DNA of 64,000 nucleotides from Saccostrea cucullata (GCF_032062105.1 NW_026941041.1:62001-126000), one strand, 5' to 3'; positions 25,273 to 38,056 are shown, counted from the stretch's first letter. Notes: generated by a model from the sequence alone, not told the origin. Numbers and translations: made by a program.

Positions 25273-26490
25273 TCACAGTGAAGCTGTTGTTGAATTAGAG
25301 AGATTATCTTCGAGACACCGGTCGGGGCAAGATTTGCTGATACACAGGACCTCGGCGAGCTTATTGGCATAGTGATGACAATTCTGTACGAAGGGATCGT
25401 AACGCTTCTCAAACCGTTCATTGTAATAAATGGCACATCTGCGTACACAGTCAATGTCCAAAAGTGTGTACCCCGCGGGAAACGGTTCTCGTCGAATTTG
25501 GCAATTTTCTGACTTTGCAGCACGGCGGGTGTGGGGTTTGTAGAATAATTCAAAGTACCAGCCGTCATAGTAAATCCATCTATGATTGAGTGACCAGAAC
25601 TTCCGGTTTGGCAAAGAGGCTGAGTCGAGCGACCTCTTGTGGCGGAGTTTTATCATTCGCATGCAAACTACATCCGTACTGCCGAAATAAAATGGCTGAC
25701 CATTGATTTTATCTGAAAATATAAAAACATCATGAAATTTCATTACATTGTAAAGAAGTGTATTCAGCATGTTCTAAGCTAAATCTGGGTGTGTAAAAAT
25801 ATTCCCCCTTGCAAATTAACCCTATGGTCACAAGTCCATTTAATTTAAATGTTACTTAATATTAAATTTGACAACGCAATCACATGAAGTGGACTGGAAA
25901 GGGATACAAACAAATACGGTAGGTTTATATATTTGTATTTTTAACTTTAGATATGATTAATCATCTTTAACATTTCTCTATTCTTTAATACACATCTTCT
26001 GTTTTAATAAAAAATTGAAAGTATATTTCATAGTCACCATTATTCATCAATTATCGACTTTGATCATTAATTCACAACATCCCAAGCCTAGGAAAAATAA
26101 ATCCGAGATGAGCGCATGCGCCATATTCACAGAAACTTACCGCCACATGAAGAGCTCGTTTTCCAAAACACCACATGAAACATTTCCTGGAAATAGGCCA
26201 GTAAAATAAAAGATACAACGCCTCCCTGAAATAAAGATCAATATGACATCAATTTTTGAGAATAGCAGTTCGTTCGAGTCAAATTCGACATGTCCCAGCT
26301 GACTTTTTAAAGTTAAATCAACTTCTGTCCTTAATCATCAATCATTATTATTTTCAAGCACAGAATATAAAAATTTTAGTATAAGTCGTGTAGTACTAGT
26401 AATTAACAGTATACAATTAACTAAATAAATCAATGAGATGACTGTACTCACAATCATCAGATACCACATCCATTTGTAATCTGACCACAT
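25273..26490 (-). CDS. Secreted Cys-rich permuted-papain (PPPDE/LRAT-like) protein, paralog B (187 aa)
   Basis: Exons 26490-26452, 26225-26141 (85 nt, same as paralog A) and 25712-25273. RHKR; SLNHRWIYYDGWYFE; YDPFVQNCHHYAN. Confidence 0.8.
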
Positions 26491-27567
26491 TCTTTGAAAT
26501 CATCAAACTTCAGTTCCAGGATTCAATACTAAAACTGATAAGAATCAGAGACTTGCCACTTTCATGATTTCAAAGTTGTTGTCATTGTAACGGGCCATTT
26601 TCTGACATTCCATAAACCAGACACATGGATGAAACATTCAAAGAATTTTCTCGAGTTCCTATCACAAATCACGTTTTCATAGACTTTCAGGTTTTATAAA
26701 TTTAATTTGTTAACTTCTTTCAATGCAGAACACCATATTGGGATTGTCAAATTTGTTTAATATTTACGTGTCGACATTGAAAATTTGGCTTATCTCTTAA
26801 GAAAACTTAAGGATTCGAAAGACTTACAAATAAGACTTTTTGAACAATAATTTCATAACTAAGTGCCATAAGAGATATTTAAATATTTTGAATATTTAGC
26901 TGTTGAGTAAGAAGAGATAAAGGGACAACCAACAAAATAGAGTAATCTTCATCCACATAACACAGACATTTAAATAGCAAGAAACCCCCCCCCCCCCCAC
27001 GCATCAAGAAATCTATGAGTTAAGATGTATATGTGTGTACATGTACATGTATGTACTGGTCATTAAACTTTTTTAATGTTAATCAATTTAATGAAAAAAA
27101 TAAAACCATTATTAAAATGCATTGCAATGAGCTATTTTTCTTTTCTAAGTTTTCAAACTAAACGCTGCTCGATCTCATGTATAAATTGTGAAATATATAC
27201 ATTGGTCACGATATAAATTATATCAATGTTGCAAAGTAATTTTAAAATTTTACCTTTGGGTGGGGGTGGGAGGATTAAATGATATATGTAATCATATAAG
27301 AAATATTTAATTGTAATAATTATCGATCTGTTTTATTCAAATTGTTAAAAAAAAATCTAAAAACTTTCATATCCAGATATTTATATATAAACGAAAATGC
27401 AGAGTAGGCTTATAATTTGAAGCTCTGATTGGATTCAGGAATTAGTACGTAATGAATGCATATATATATATACACACATGGAATTGGTATTTAAAAGAAC
27501 ACAACAAAATTAACAACTTTTTATTCCATTCACGACTAGGAGGGGCTATATCTATTTGAGGGACTAT

Positions 27568-28677
27568 TTAAGATTCCGGGGCCTGACAGCGCGGATTGTG
27601 ATGAACCACTGAGTGCTCCGCCTCGTCTACTGTTTGTCCTCGACACTCCAATCCTTTTTCACAAGGGCAGTAACTCTCGTACAACTCATGGTTGAAGATA
27701 TCGTGGGTCATAAAAGGCATACAAGTCTCATTCTGAAAAACAACATAAATATCAAATATCTGTATAAAATATTTTGGCGTGTATGTGTATTTTTGATACA
27801 GAACTGCAGCCCACTGGTTAAGAAAATTTTGGCAAGCAATGTTTTTTTTTTTCTTAATCCAGATGGATACAGTTCTGCAGCTAGACTTAAGTGCAACAAA
27901 TATTTTTTTTTTTGAATACTATTTTTACATATAGCACAGGAGTAGGAATTTATTCATTAAATTAAAATTACTTATGTAGTCTGTTGTCCTTTAACTAAAA
28001 ATACTGAAAGGCCAAAGGTACGGGCAACTTTTTAAAAATAACATCGCTGCAAATAAAATTCCTCAAAACAGTTCGACGCACTTTCAATTCATGTATTGAG
28101 AACTTTATGAATTCACTGAAGAATTCTTGTAGAACTTCTTACGTACAAGTCTTCTATGTGGTTGACATTTTCCGGTATCGTGATTAAAGAGTCCATCAAA
28201 GAAGAGCCGCTTTCTCCTCTTTCCCATAAACCCGCTGTGAGCGCAGCAGAGCGAGGCCTCGCAATCTGATTGGTGGGAACAAGTTCCGCCCAGCGTCACA
28301 CTTCCGGATGGGCGAACAGTTACGGAAGGGTCGGGTGATTGAGACTAAATAGAATTGTTTCTTTTAGAACTAGTTCCACAGGTCATATGTATACATAAAT
28401 TAATGTTGTCAATGTCTATACCCTTGTAAACACCAAATTGTATTTTATAACATAATGACCATTCCAAATAACATCCCCCTCCCTCTCACTAAAATATTTT
28501 CAATAATCTTTTTGGAAAAGTATGTATTTCTTAGCACTTCATTATCTTAAGTCAGGTAATTGACTATTTGTTTTTTTATAAATGGGAATGAACGTGTAAT
28601 ACTAGACGTTTTTATAATTCAATAATACTCACAGCAACAAGTGCAATGATCAGTAAGAGAATCGGTAATGTCTTCAT
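27568..28677 (-). CDS. Secreted prokineticin/astakine-like 10-Cys protein, paralog B (135 aa)
   Basis: Exons 28677-28633 (45 nt, same as paralog A), 28344-28147 and 27732-27568. KRRKR site; YCPCEKGLECRG...VHHNPRC matches paralog A. Confidence 0.85.
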
Positions 28678-29574
28678 GTTTCCTGTCGCTCTGTAAATGA
28701 GAGAGGACGCAGCTGTCTACAGAAGATAAGGACAGAGTATACGGAACATTTACCTTCTCTGCTGAAATGGCGGGGAAAAATCAGGGAAAAGGCACAGTAC
28801 AAAAAAGTGCAGATTGATCAATCGATCCGTGTGTTTAATAAGTAGGTGTATTTTTTAATTCATTACAAAACTGTACATTTGTTTTGTTGCATACTGCTCA
28901 GATCGCTCGAATTTTTTTCCATTACTCGTACTGCATGTAAATTTTCGTGCGACCTTTTTTAACACCTATTGTTATGTATAAACACTGCAGTAAAGGTTTT
29001 GCACGTAATAATCTTTCTCTGTGTGTGCATTCATTTCAGGTTGTACAATTGATATAAGGCAAATAAATAAATGGCACTTTATTTAGAAATTAAATTGTGA
29101 ATCTTAAATACAAATGACGAAGACAATTTCGTTCACATATATGATATAAATGTTCATACATACATTTGTAAATTAATATATGCTACTTAAATAGATATGC
29201 CGCATTGACCAATATAATTATCTACTGTGTACAAAGAATGTTTTGGTTCCTAAAGTTACACGTCTATTATATTACTACATGTAGTTATATTCATCCTTGG
29301 TTATAACTCATCGTCAGTATGAATATTAACACCTCAAAGTTAATTGCTGTCTGAAAGTCCATGTTAGTGTAATTATAAAATAAAGATTGTTAAACTCCAA
29401 AACAAAACCGAAAAAATAATATAGCAAACACTCAAATCACAAAGAAAAAATATATACCCAAATACAGAAATTTAACTAAAAGTTTGTCACTTGTAGAACA
29501 CACAACCAATACATTGTTGTAGTTTGGCCAATGAAGAATCAGTTTCTGAGGACAGGCACAGGAAATGACGTCAC

Positions 29575-31358
29575 TCAATGACCTTTACCATGGTGATGGT
29601 CCTTGTGACGGCAGACGACGACGGGCACGTGAGAATGGTGGACGATGTAATCACTAACACTACCCATAAAGGTTCTTCGTAATTTTCCGTGACCACGTGT
29701 TCCACAGATTATAACGTCAGCACCCTGCGCATGCGCTTCATGAACTACTGCTTCTCCGGGTTTACCATGGATGGATTTCACTTCTCCATTTAACTGTGTA
29801 TGAAATAAAAGAAAGACGGTGTATTTCATAGATAATTAGATACGAAACATATTCAAGCAGTAAAACACTTATAGAACTGATTTTGTTAATAGACATTCGA
29901 AACAGATTAAAGAGTTTGTGTTTTTCAAATCCATCCTTTACGAAACATGTATTGTCATGTGACAAATTGATATAATAATATATATGTATTTGTTAAGAAA
30001 ATTAGTTACTGCTCGTGTAAAGGTCGTTGACACATAACACTTTATCACATATCCTCTGTAAATACGAAACTTACCCCAGATACTGACTCTAGCTTTTTCT
30101 GTAACTTTTGAATTAGAGCTTTACTCTCCTTGGCTTCCTCCTCCAGAACGTTACCGAGAGCCTTAACATCAGACCCTAAAGCTGTCAATAGAAAAACAAA
30201 AGTTTTTTATTATACTTTCATGTTAAATACTAAAATCTGATCGGTTCAAACGCAGTTAACAATCCGTTCTATTACCCTCAGCCTTAGCAACACACGTGGC
30301 AACGGGTAACACAACGGTAATGCCACATGCATGGAAATTATGCGCGTACGGTTCACCGTAGAATTCTCAATACGTCAGTTGCGCGTTTGAAAGAACCGGA
30401 ATAAACTTGATGTAAATAAAAGCTTGCGTCTGATGTAGCTTACTTAAAAGCAACAAACAACAGACGAAACATGCTTGCGAGTGCTAGATAACGAAACTTT
30501 AGATGATAAAGGACTTTTAGAGTATCAAATAAACAATAAAGAGGTTAGTAAATCTTTTTCGAAGTAGCGGGGAGTTTGAAAGCTTTCTATAAACGTGAAC
30601 GTAAAGACAATCGACGATTTTTTTGCAAACATCTTTTAATCCAAAATGACATTCAGTATAATAAAATAAATGGTGCCTGTTTTGGAGGGTAACAGTTGAA
30701 AATGACACCCCTTGGAAAACCATTGTCAACCTCCGCTGACGCGTCGGTTGACAATGGTTTTCCTTGGGGTGTCAATTTCAACTGTTACCCTCCAAAACAG
30801 GCACCATTTATATAATACCGACAGCCTTATCATCAGACCTTGAAGCTGTCAATAGAAAAACAAAACTTTATACCGACAGCCTTAACATCGGACCTTAAAG
30901 CTGTCAATAGAAAAACAAAACTTTATACCGACAGCCTTAACATCGGACCTTAAAGCGGTCTATAGAAACACAAAACTTTATACCGACAGCCTTAACATTG
31001 GACCTTAAAGCTGTCAATAGAAAAACAAAACTTTATACCGACAGCCTTAACATCGGACCTTATAGCTGTCAATAGAAAAAAACAACTTTATACCCACAGC
31101 CTTAAAACATCAGACCCTAAAGCTGTCAATAGAAAAACAAAACTTTATACCGACAGCCTTAACATTGGACCTTAAAGCTGTCAATAGACAAACAAAACTT
31201 TATACCGACAGCCTTAACATTGGACTCTAAAGCTGTCAATAGAAAAACAAAACTTTATACCGACAGCCTTAACATTGGACCTTAAAGCTGTCAATAGAAA
31301 AACAAAACTTTATACCGACAGCCTTAACATCAGACCCTAAAGCTGTCAATAGAAAAAT

Positions 31359-31392
<34 letters not shown>

Positions 31393-32525
31393 GCTTTGAC
31401 CATTCTGTTCTTTACCAGATTTCCCCCTTGTAATACATAATGCATCCCCACCCTACCCCGCTGATCTTAATTTAGACATTTTGAAATCTACACTACCCCA
31501 TGATCCTTCCATTTTAACATAAGTTTCATCTTTCCTGGCCCATTGGTTCTTGAGAGCAAGATTTTAAAGATTTTTCCTATATTTTTCTATGTAAAACTTT
31601 AATTCCCTATTGTGGCCCCGCCCTTCCTCCAGGGGTCATGATTTTTACAATTTAGAATCTACATCGTGTACACTACCCCAGAATGCTTCCACATAAGTTT
31701 CAGCTTTTCTGGCCCAGTGGTTCTTGAGAAGAAGATTTTCAAAGATTTTTCCTATATATTTCTATATAAAACTTTGATTCCCCATTGTGGCCCCGCCCTT
31801 CCCCCGGGGGTCACGATTTGAACAATTTAGAATCTACACTATACCAGGATGCTTCCACATAAGTTTCAGCTTTTCTGGCCCAGTGGTTCTTGAGAAGAAG
31901 ATTTTCAAAGATTTTTCCTACATATTTCTATGTAAAATTTTGATTCCCAATTGTGGCCCCGCCCTTCCCCCGGGGGTCATGATTTTTACAATTTTGAATC
32001 TACACTATACCAAAATGCTTCCACATAAGTTTCAGCATTTCTGGCCCAGTGGTTCTTGAGAAGAAGATTTTCAAAGATTTTTCCTATATATTTCTATGTA
32101 AAACTTTGATTCCCCACTGTGGCCCCGCCCTTCCCCCGGGGGTCATGATTTGAACAATTTAGAATCTACACTATACCAGGATGCTTCCACATAAGTTTCA
32201 GCTTTTCTGGCCCAGTGGTTCTTGAGAAGAAGATTTTCAAAGATTTTTCATACATATTTCTATGTAAAACTTTGATTCCCCATTGTGGCCCCGCCCTTCC
32301 CCAGGGGGTCATGATTTGAACAATTTAGAATCTACACTATATCAGGATGCTGCCACATAAGTTTCAGCATTTCTGGCCCAGTGGTTCTTGAGAAGAAGAT
32401 TTTTTAATGACCCAACCCTATTTTTGTCTTTTCTTGATTATCTCCCCTTGCGAGGGGATATGTCCCTTCATTTTAAGAATTTAAATTCCCATTTATCCAA
32501 GGATGCTTTGTACCAAGTTTGGTCA

Positions 32526-32562
<37 letters not shown>

Positions 32563-35500
32563 GTGAAAAGTTTACAGACGGACGGACTGACGGACGGACA
32601 GACAGACGGACGGACGACGGACAAAATGTGATCAAAAAGCTCACTTGAACCTTCGGCTCAAGTGAGCTAACAAAACTTTATACCGACTGCCTTAACATCG
32701 GACCTTAAAGCTGTCAATAGAAAAAGAAAACTTTATACCGACAGCCTTAACATCGCATCCTAAAGCCGTCAATAGAAAATCAAAACTTTGTACTGTAAAC
32801 GAAGAATCATTGTTAGAATATCAAAGAATATCTTGTACAATCACTCCATTTGTTTTCTTAGATTATCATAATGGATAGAGAGTTATTTCTTCTTTCATTT
32901 TACGATAAGCCGTATGAAAACAGAGAAGGAGTTTTTCAAACTGCTAAGTATTATTTTCACGCACAGAAGTGGTGATAAGAGGAAGCACAGACATTAAAAG
33001 GGATTTTTCTAATGGAAAATATGAGCTTCTAATGGCCATTATGACTCCGTTATGATACATCTCTCTTTCTTTTCAGTAATAAGCCTCTTATCATTTTATA
33101 ATGAGACACGTGTATCCTGATTTATTCTATAAGAATTTCGTTAAGTGACTCATTTGAAACTTTTTTTTCCGCGTTATATTGATTCAAGAACTCAAAGTAT
33201 GGCTGTATGCATCTTTAATTATGTCATTGAGAGCTGTATATCTAGCTAGCTCTGAAGTGTACTGCTTAGTTGAAATAAAAAGCGTTCGCATTTTGATATT
33301 AAAAACGAAATTTATTTTTTACCGTGAAAAATGCAAACTGGTCTTTTACTGACAAAGTAATGAAAAATTATATTAATGTCTCTGTTTTTAAGTGAACATC
33401 TATCAGTAAGTTTCTTCAATTTTAGAAAATAAAAGGTTTTCGTGGAAAAGTTTCATACATGTAACGTTTACATCGTATTTCACAGGCACGTAGCAACAGG
33501 AGGGATGGGGGGGGGGGGGCAGCACTTTTTTCCCCAACATTACCTTTACGGGTGCGTATCATTACCGCTACATTTTCAAAATTTTCATTACCGCTACATA
33601 GTCATTACCGCTACAAAAAACCTTACATTACCGCTACATAAAAAAGTATACATTACCGCTACATTGTCTCTTTCGTTAGCCAGCCACTTATGCGTGTACA
33701 GTACAACCTATACATGCATAAGACCCGTTTCCCCTGATCACTAAGGGTAGGTGAAAGTAGGACTTTGGATAGGATGGGTTTATTATTTTTTTTAATTAAA
33801 ATCAATTTTATTTCATTAAAAACAGAAATTTAAAATCAAGCACTGTTCATAGATAAAATTCTGGGAGAATCCTGTTTCTTACAGCACGTATTTTCATGTA
33901 ACTTTTTTCAAGGAAAAGTTGAATATTGGCCAAAAAATCAAAAATGCTCGGTTGTGAACTATATTTAACAATAATTGTGCCGAACTCTTTGTGAAAACTT
34001 TTACACTCAACATCTGCGTCTGCCCAAATTGTTGGTGGAAATGACGATGACCGCTCAATGTGCCTCGGAAACACATCAAACACAAAGCACTCTTCAACTT
34101 CTCGAGGATCCAAAAAACCCAAATAGAAGAAAACTTTCAACCACTGTCCAAATACTGTTCATTATAGAACTCATATATCGAACATACCTGTCTAAACTGA
34201 TATGTAGCGGAAATGAGTTGTTTTTGACTGATTCAATATGTAGCGGTAATGAGTTGTTTTTTGCCGGAAAAATGTAGCGGTAATGATCGGTCGAAAATCT
34301 GAAAAAATGTAGCGGTAATGAGTTGAAATTTTTGGCAATGTAGCCATTGTAGCGGTAATGTTGACTATTGAAAAAATTGATTGAAAGGTTGGTTGCCCCT
34401 CCCCCCACTTCTTACTAAAGTAAATTAATACATGTATGAAGGAAATGTAGCATTGTATGCAAGGAAAAATGGAAGTGGAAGAAAGTTGGCATTGAAAAAG
34501 TTGGCTACCCCCCCCCCCCCCCCCCCCCCGAAATAGGATTTTCGAGTTCCGGCGATTTTCTTTGTTTGTTTGTTTTGTTTTTTTTTTTGGCTTGTAAAGG
34601 TTTACATGTTGGTAAAAAAAAATTCTGGCTGCCCCCCCCCCCCATCACTTTCAAAAACGATGCTACGTGCCTGTTTCATTAGTCTACAAACAAGCCTGCT
34701 AACACACAATCTATCCCGCATATATGTATGGTATTACCTGCATGCGCAATACTTTTGGCTTCGAAGCTGTGGACAATCGTTAAAAAGTCTCCGTCCATCT
34801 TAAAGTTCTCGACATACCCTGTAAATAATTTAAATATTTAATATCATGAATAATTAAAATCAGTAAGTTATATGTTTGTTATTTCACCAAGGGCAACGCA
34901 AAGCGAAGTATCACCTTGCAAAGAACATAGCTATGGAACACGGGGACGTTCGACCTAAAAATTGCGACACTTCTGTTTCGCACAGGATAAGCTAACAAAC
35001 GCACACACGACTGCGTTACATCATTTCCTCAATTTCCGTTGCGAGGGTCTAATATGCAAAGTACGATATGAATGTTTACTCTCTTTTATATGCATTTGTA
35101 ACAGACATTTCTTGAAACCCTGACAATTAAAGTAGGCAGTTGTTGGTGAATTATAGAAAGAATCTTTTAATTTGCAAATTGTATGTAGGATTATGTCTGT
35201 AAACTTACAGAAGTACTTATCGCACTCATTAACAATTAAAATTGCTGAAACTCAAATGCATTATTCGGTGTTATTTGGCGAAGAACGAAAGCAGACGACA
35301 AAAGGACATCATGGGTCACACGTCTGCCATATAAACACGTCTCAAAATTAGATGGATTTTACACTATTTTTATATGCATAAGTACTCGGATATTTCAAAT
35401 AAACACGATGCCATCTAATAATCTATTCAAAGTTTTTCTTTTTCGTCAATATCATCCAAATTATTTTTGGCCCCCCCCCCCCAAAAAAAAAAAAAACAAT

Positions 35501-38056
35501 AAAAATAAATAAATAATAATACTAGTATATGAAATTTGAGGCTTTAGCAAAGAATTTTATATTTATTAAAAACATTTCGTGACCGAGGTAGTTCTCCTGC
35601 ATTTATATCATTAACGTTAGATTGTACAGTATGTATTTTTATTTAATGATAATCGCTTTGAAATCCTTTTCGTCGAACTCGATCGATCGATCGAGAGATC
35701 TTTATGGAATATATCCTTTACTTTACAGTTAATGGCTATATACAGTATATCTTTTGTGCAAAAATATGCACACGGAATTATTCACCTGACCTTCATTTCT
35801 CATTATGTAGTCAACGGTTACCCTAAAAAGTTTAAATGTACACGGGTACCTGCAACCTGAGTTTCAGTAAATTCCGACGCCTTAGTCTGTGGACAAAGGA
35901 CCTAGCTTATTGTACTCCTAATATAGACAGAAATATAATGTAGCACAAAGTGTACAAAATATACACCATGTACATACACAGTACACACACATTAATACTG
36001 CAAATGTTACGATTTACATTGTTTGAATGGCCGAGATAAAAACAATATATATAATTTAGGGTATCTATATATCAGAAGATTTAGCTCATAACTGTAATAG
36101 TCCATTTGATATACATATACACTGAGGTCTAATCCACGATGAGAGTTTTCCGATGAAATATGGTAATCCTATAAACTAACGATAGTTTTATGACCTTTCG
36201 GTTTAATATTATTCAAATATTTTCATTATCTCGGTCAAACCCCCTGTTCATGAACGGAAAGTATTTTCTATCATATCCCTACCGCTTGTTAATGCTACAT
36301 GCGATTTGTATATCAGGCCTGGGGCCATAAAACTTAGACGAGCTCACTTTTGATCTCAGTCTCACTTTTGCACTATATATTCCTTTTAAAAAATGGTCAA
36401 TTTGAGTTTTATGGCCCTTTTTAGCCTTATTAGGACCATCTGTTTCTCTCTCTTAAGTCAATTTTACACGTAAGGATGAAAAAAAAATCGATTAATATAC
36501 AATCGTTTTTTTAACATGTTCCACTAATATAAATAATGCTGATTATGATTTTAGTAGCGCGTGTGAACATAAAGGGGAGAACAAAATACACATTAATACT
36601 AACAAGAAAATATAAAACGGAATAGCACCTGACATCATATCCTTTAGCTTGTTCTGTTCTGTTGTGATTTATGTAACCCGATCTAATCTGACCTGAAAAT
36701 CACAGGCGGTTAAGAGTTAATCATTGCATTGTTTTGATTTTAAACTTAAACAATCAAATGTTCCATAAACACCCATGAAATAAAAAAAAATTGGATCAGA
36801 GAAAAAAACTGTACAACTAAAATTGGGTGGGTGGGTGTTGGGTGTGTCGGGTGCTTAAATTCGGCCCTACATGTACCCTAAAACAAGACAAAGGAGATAA
36901 AGGAATTAGCCAGGGAGCCCACATGAAGCCTAACTGTCCTTCTTGTAGCATTTTTCGTTCCTCTGGCATACGACCTTTTGTGCTGTTCATTATATTTTGT
37001 GTTCATATGCTACAGGCAACAAGTGCACGAATTAGGATTAGTCACATACATTAATCTAAATATCTTATCGTCTAGTAGTAAACTAACACACCAGCTTGCA
37101 GGGGACATGTTGTTGCACTTCAGACTCTATACCAAGAAATAAAGATAAGACATTATTTGATTATTTCATCTTAAATTTTAATTTATCGCTTCTCAATATT
37201 GAATAGGACGATAATGGATAGCCTTATCAAGTTGAAGTACATGTACCTTGAGTCTCCGTGAAATGAAAAAAATATTGTACAGTAACTGTATTAAGTAGGT
37301 CTACTTTAAAAATAGGAAGACATAATGCTATATATAGTGCACTCAACAGTATATTCATAAATTTTAGTTATTAAAATAATTAAATATGGCTGAGAAAAGG
37401 TGAAAACAAATATGAAATTAAAACTAAGTAATTAAATTAAATTCTCTTATTTCATGACTAAAAGAAACGGTGACATAATTTCATAAATTGAATATGCCTA
37501 GATCTGTAGGCCACATATGATACACAATTAAACGTATTGAATTTTCATTTGAAACCTAATCCCGAGTAGAGAGAATATTTAGAAGTGTCCTTGTTTTTGC
37601 ATGTCCATTTATATCGAGAGCAGCATTCCTCCGTATCTCATAAATTATCACAGACCAACGGTCATGTCAGTGTGCTGACCACGGTGACATAGCCTAATAT
37701 TTGTGTACGGATGACCCGAGGCGACTAAGGGGTCCACTTAAAATGTATAAGTAATAAAAAAGTTACATACGTTGATAGTGTGCCTAATTTAAATATAAAC
37801 AAAGAAAACTTTAAACATTAACATATTGAAAATTTATTTATAAATCCGCGTGTGTAAACAGACAATACACAATACACTGCATTATCCATATACACCCTTC
37901 TGCATGGCGTAGTTTGATCGTAAACAAGTCGATATATCCCGCGCCTTGCCCTAAATTGACTAACATTATGACATACTTACAATTAAAAGCATAGTCTGCA
38001 TATTCACTCCCGTCCATTGCCAGAACCACACGGCGTTTTGTGGAGTCGACATCCAT
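29575..38056 (-). CDS. Universal stress protein A-like (160 aa, 4 exons)
   Basis: Exons 38056-37981, 34818-34738, 30181-30075, 29793-29575. RRVVLAMDGSE N-terminus; G-2x-G-9x-GS ATP-binding motif GTRGHGKLRRTFMGS; VPVVV. Confidence 0.92.
30657..30816. mobile_element. Long hairpin element (Crypton-like) abutting the 55-bp array
   Basis: About 70-bp near-perfect inverted arms, ATAAATGGTGCCTGTTTTGGAGGGTAACAG...CTGTTACCCTCCAAAACAGGCACCATTTAT. Confidence 0.65.
30817..32789 (-). repeat. 55-bp tandem array (12 units) copied from the USP exon-3 acceptor, split by a HINE
   Basis: Units start at 30817, 30872, 30927, 30982, 31037, 31092, 31149, 31204, 31259, 31314, 32682 and 32737; they match the genuine junction at 30153-30207. 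Confidence 0.92.
31358..32670 (+). mobile_element. Helentron-associated non-autonomous element (HINE) carrying ~6 monomers of the 166-bp oyster satellite (Cg170-like)
   Basis: Period 166 (gtggccccgcc at about 31787/31953/32119/32285), (GACG/GACA)n at about 32575-32622 and terminal hairpin gctcacttgaaccttcggctcaagtgagc. Inserted in an A-run without a long TSD. Confidence 0.88.
33483..34673. mobile_element. MITE with CAGGCACGTAGCA TIRs and 5-bp TSD
   Basis: TSD TTTCA at 33478-33482 and 34674-34678. Related ends at about 45510 and 52120-52131. Confidence 0.8.
33551..34365 (-). mobile_element. Nested MULE-derived element with a transposase remnant and subterminal CATTACCGCTACA repeats
   Basis: ORF 33847-34140 has FLDPREVEECF...FPPTIWA...SFH...PSIFDFL, resembling a MULE transposase C-terminus. 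Multiple inverted 13-mer repeats on each side; boundaries approximate. Confidence 0.65.

Noticed and set aside
30817-31357. CRISPR-like regular array
   Set aside because: Units are contiguous with no unique spacers, the context is eukaryotic, no cas genes are present, and the repeat derives from a host exon junction.
31787-32648. ORFs of 90 and 86 aa
   Set aside because: Translations of the 166-bp satellite and the GACG microsatellite.
29575-38056. Recent bacterial horizontal transfer of the USP or PPPDE-like genes
   Set aside because: The genes have canonical spliceosomal introns and host-like composition, and USPs are already known from molluscs.
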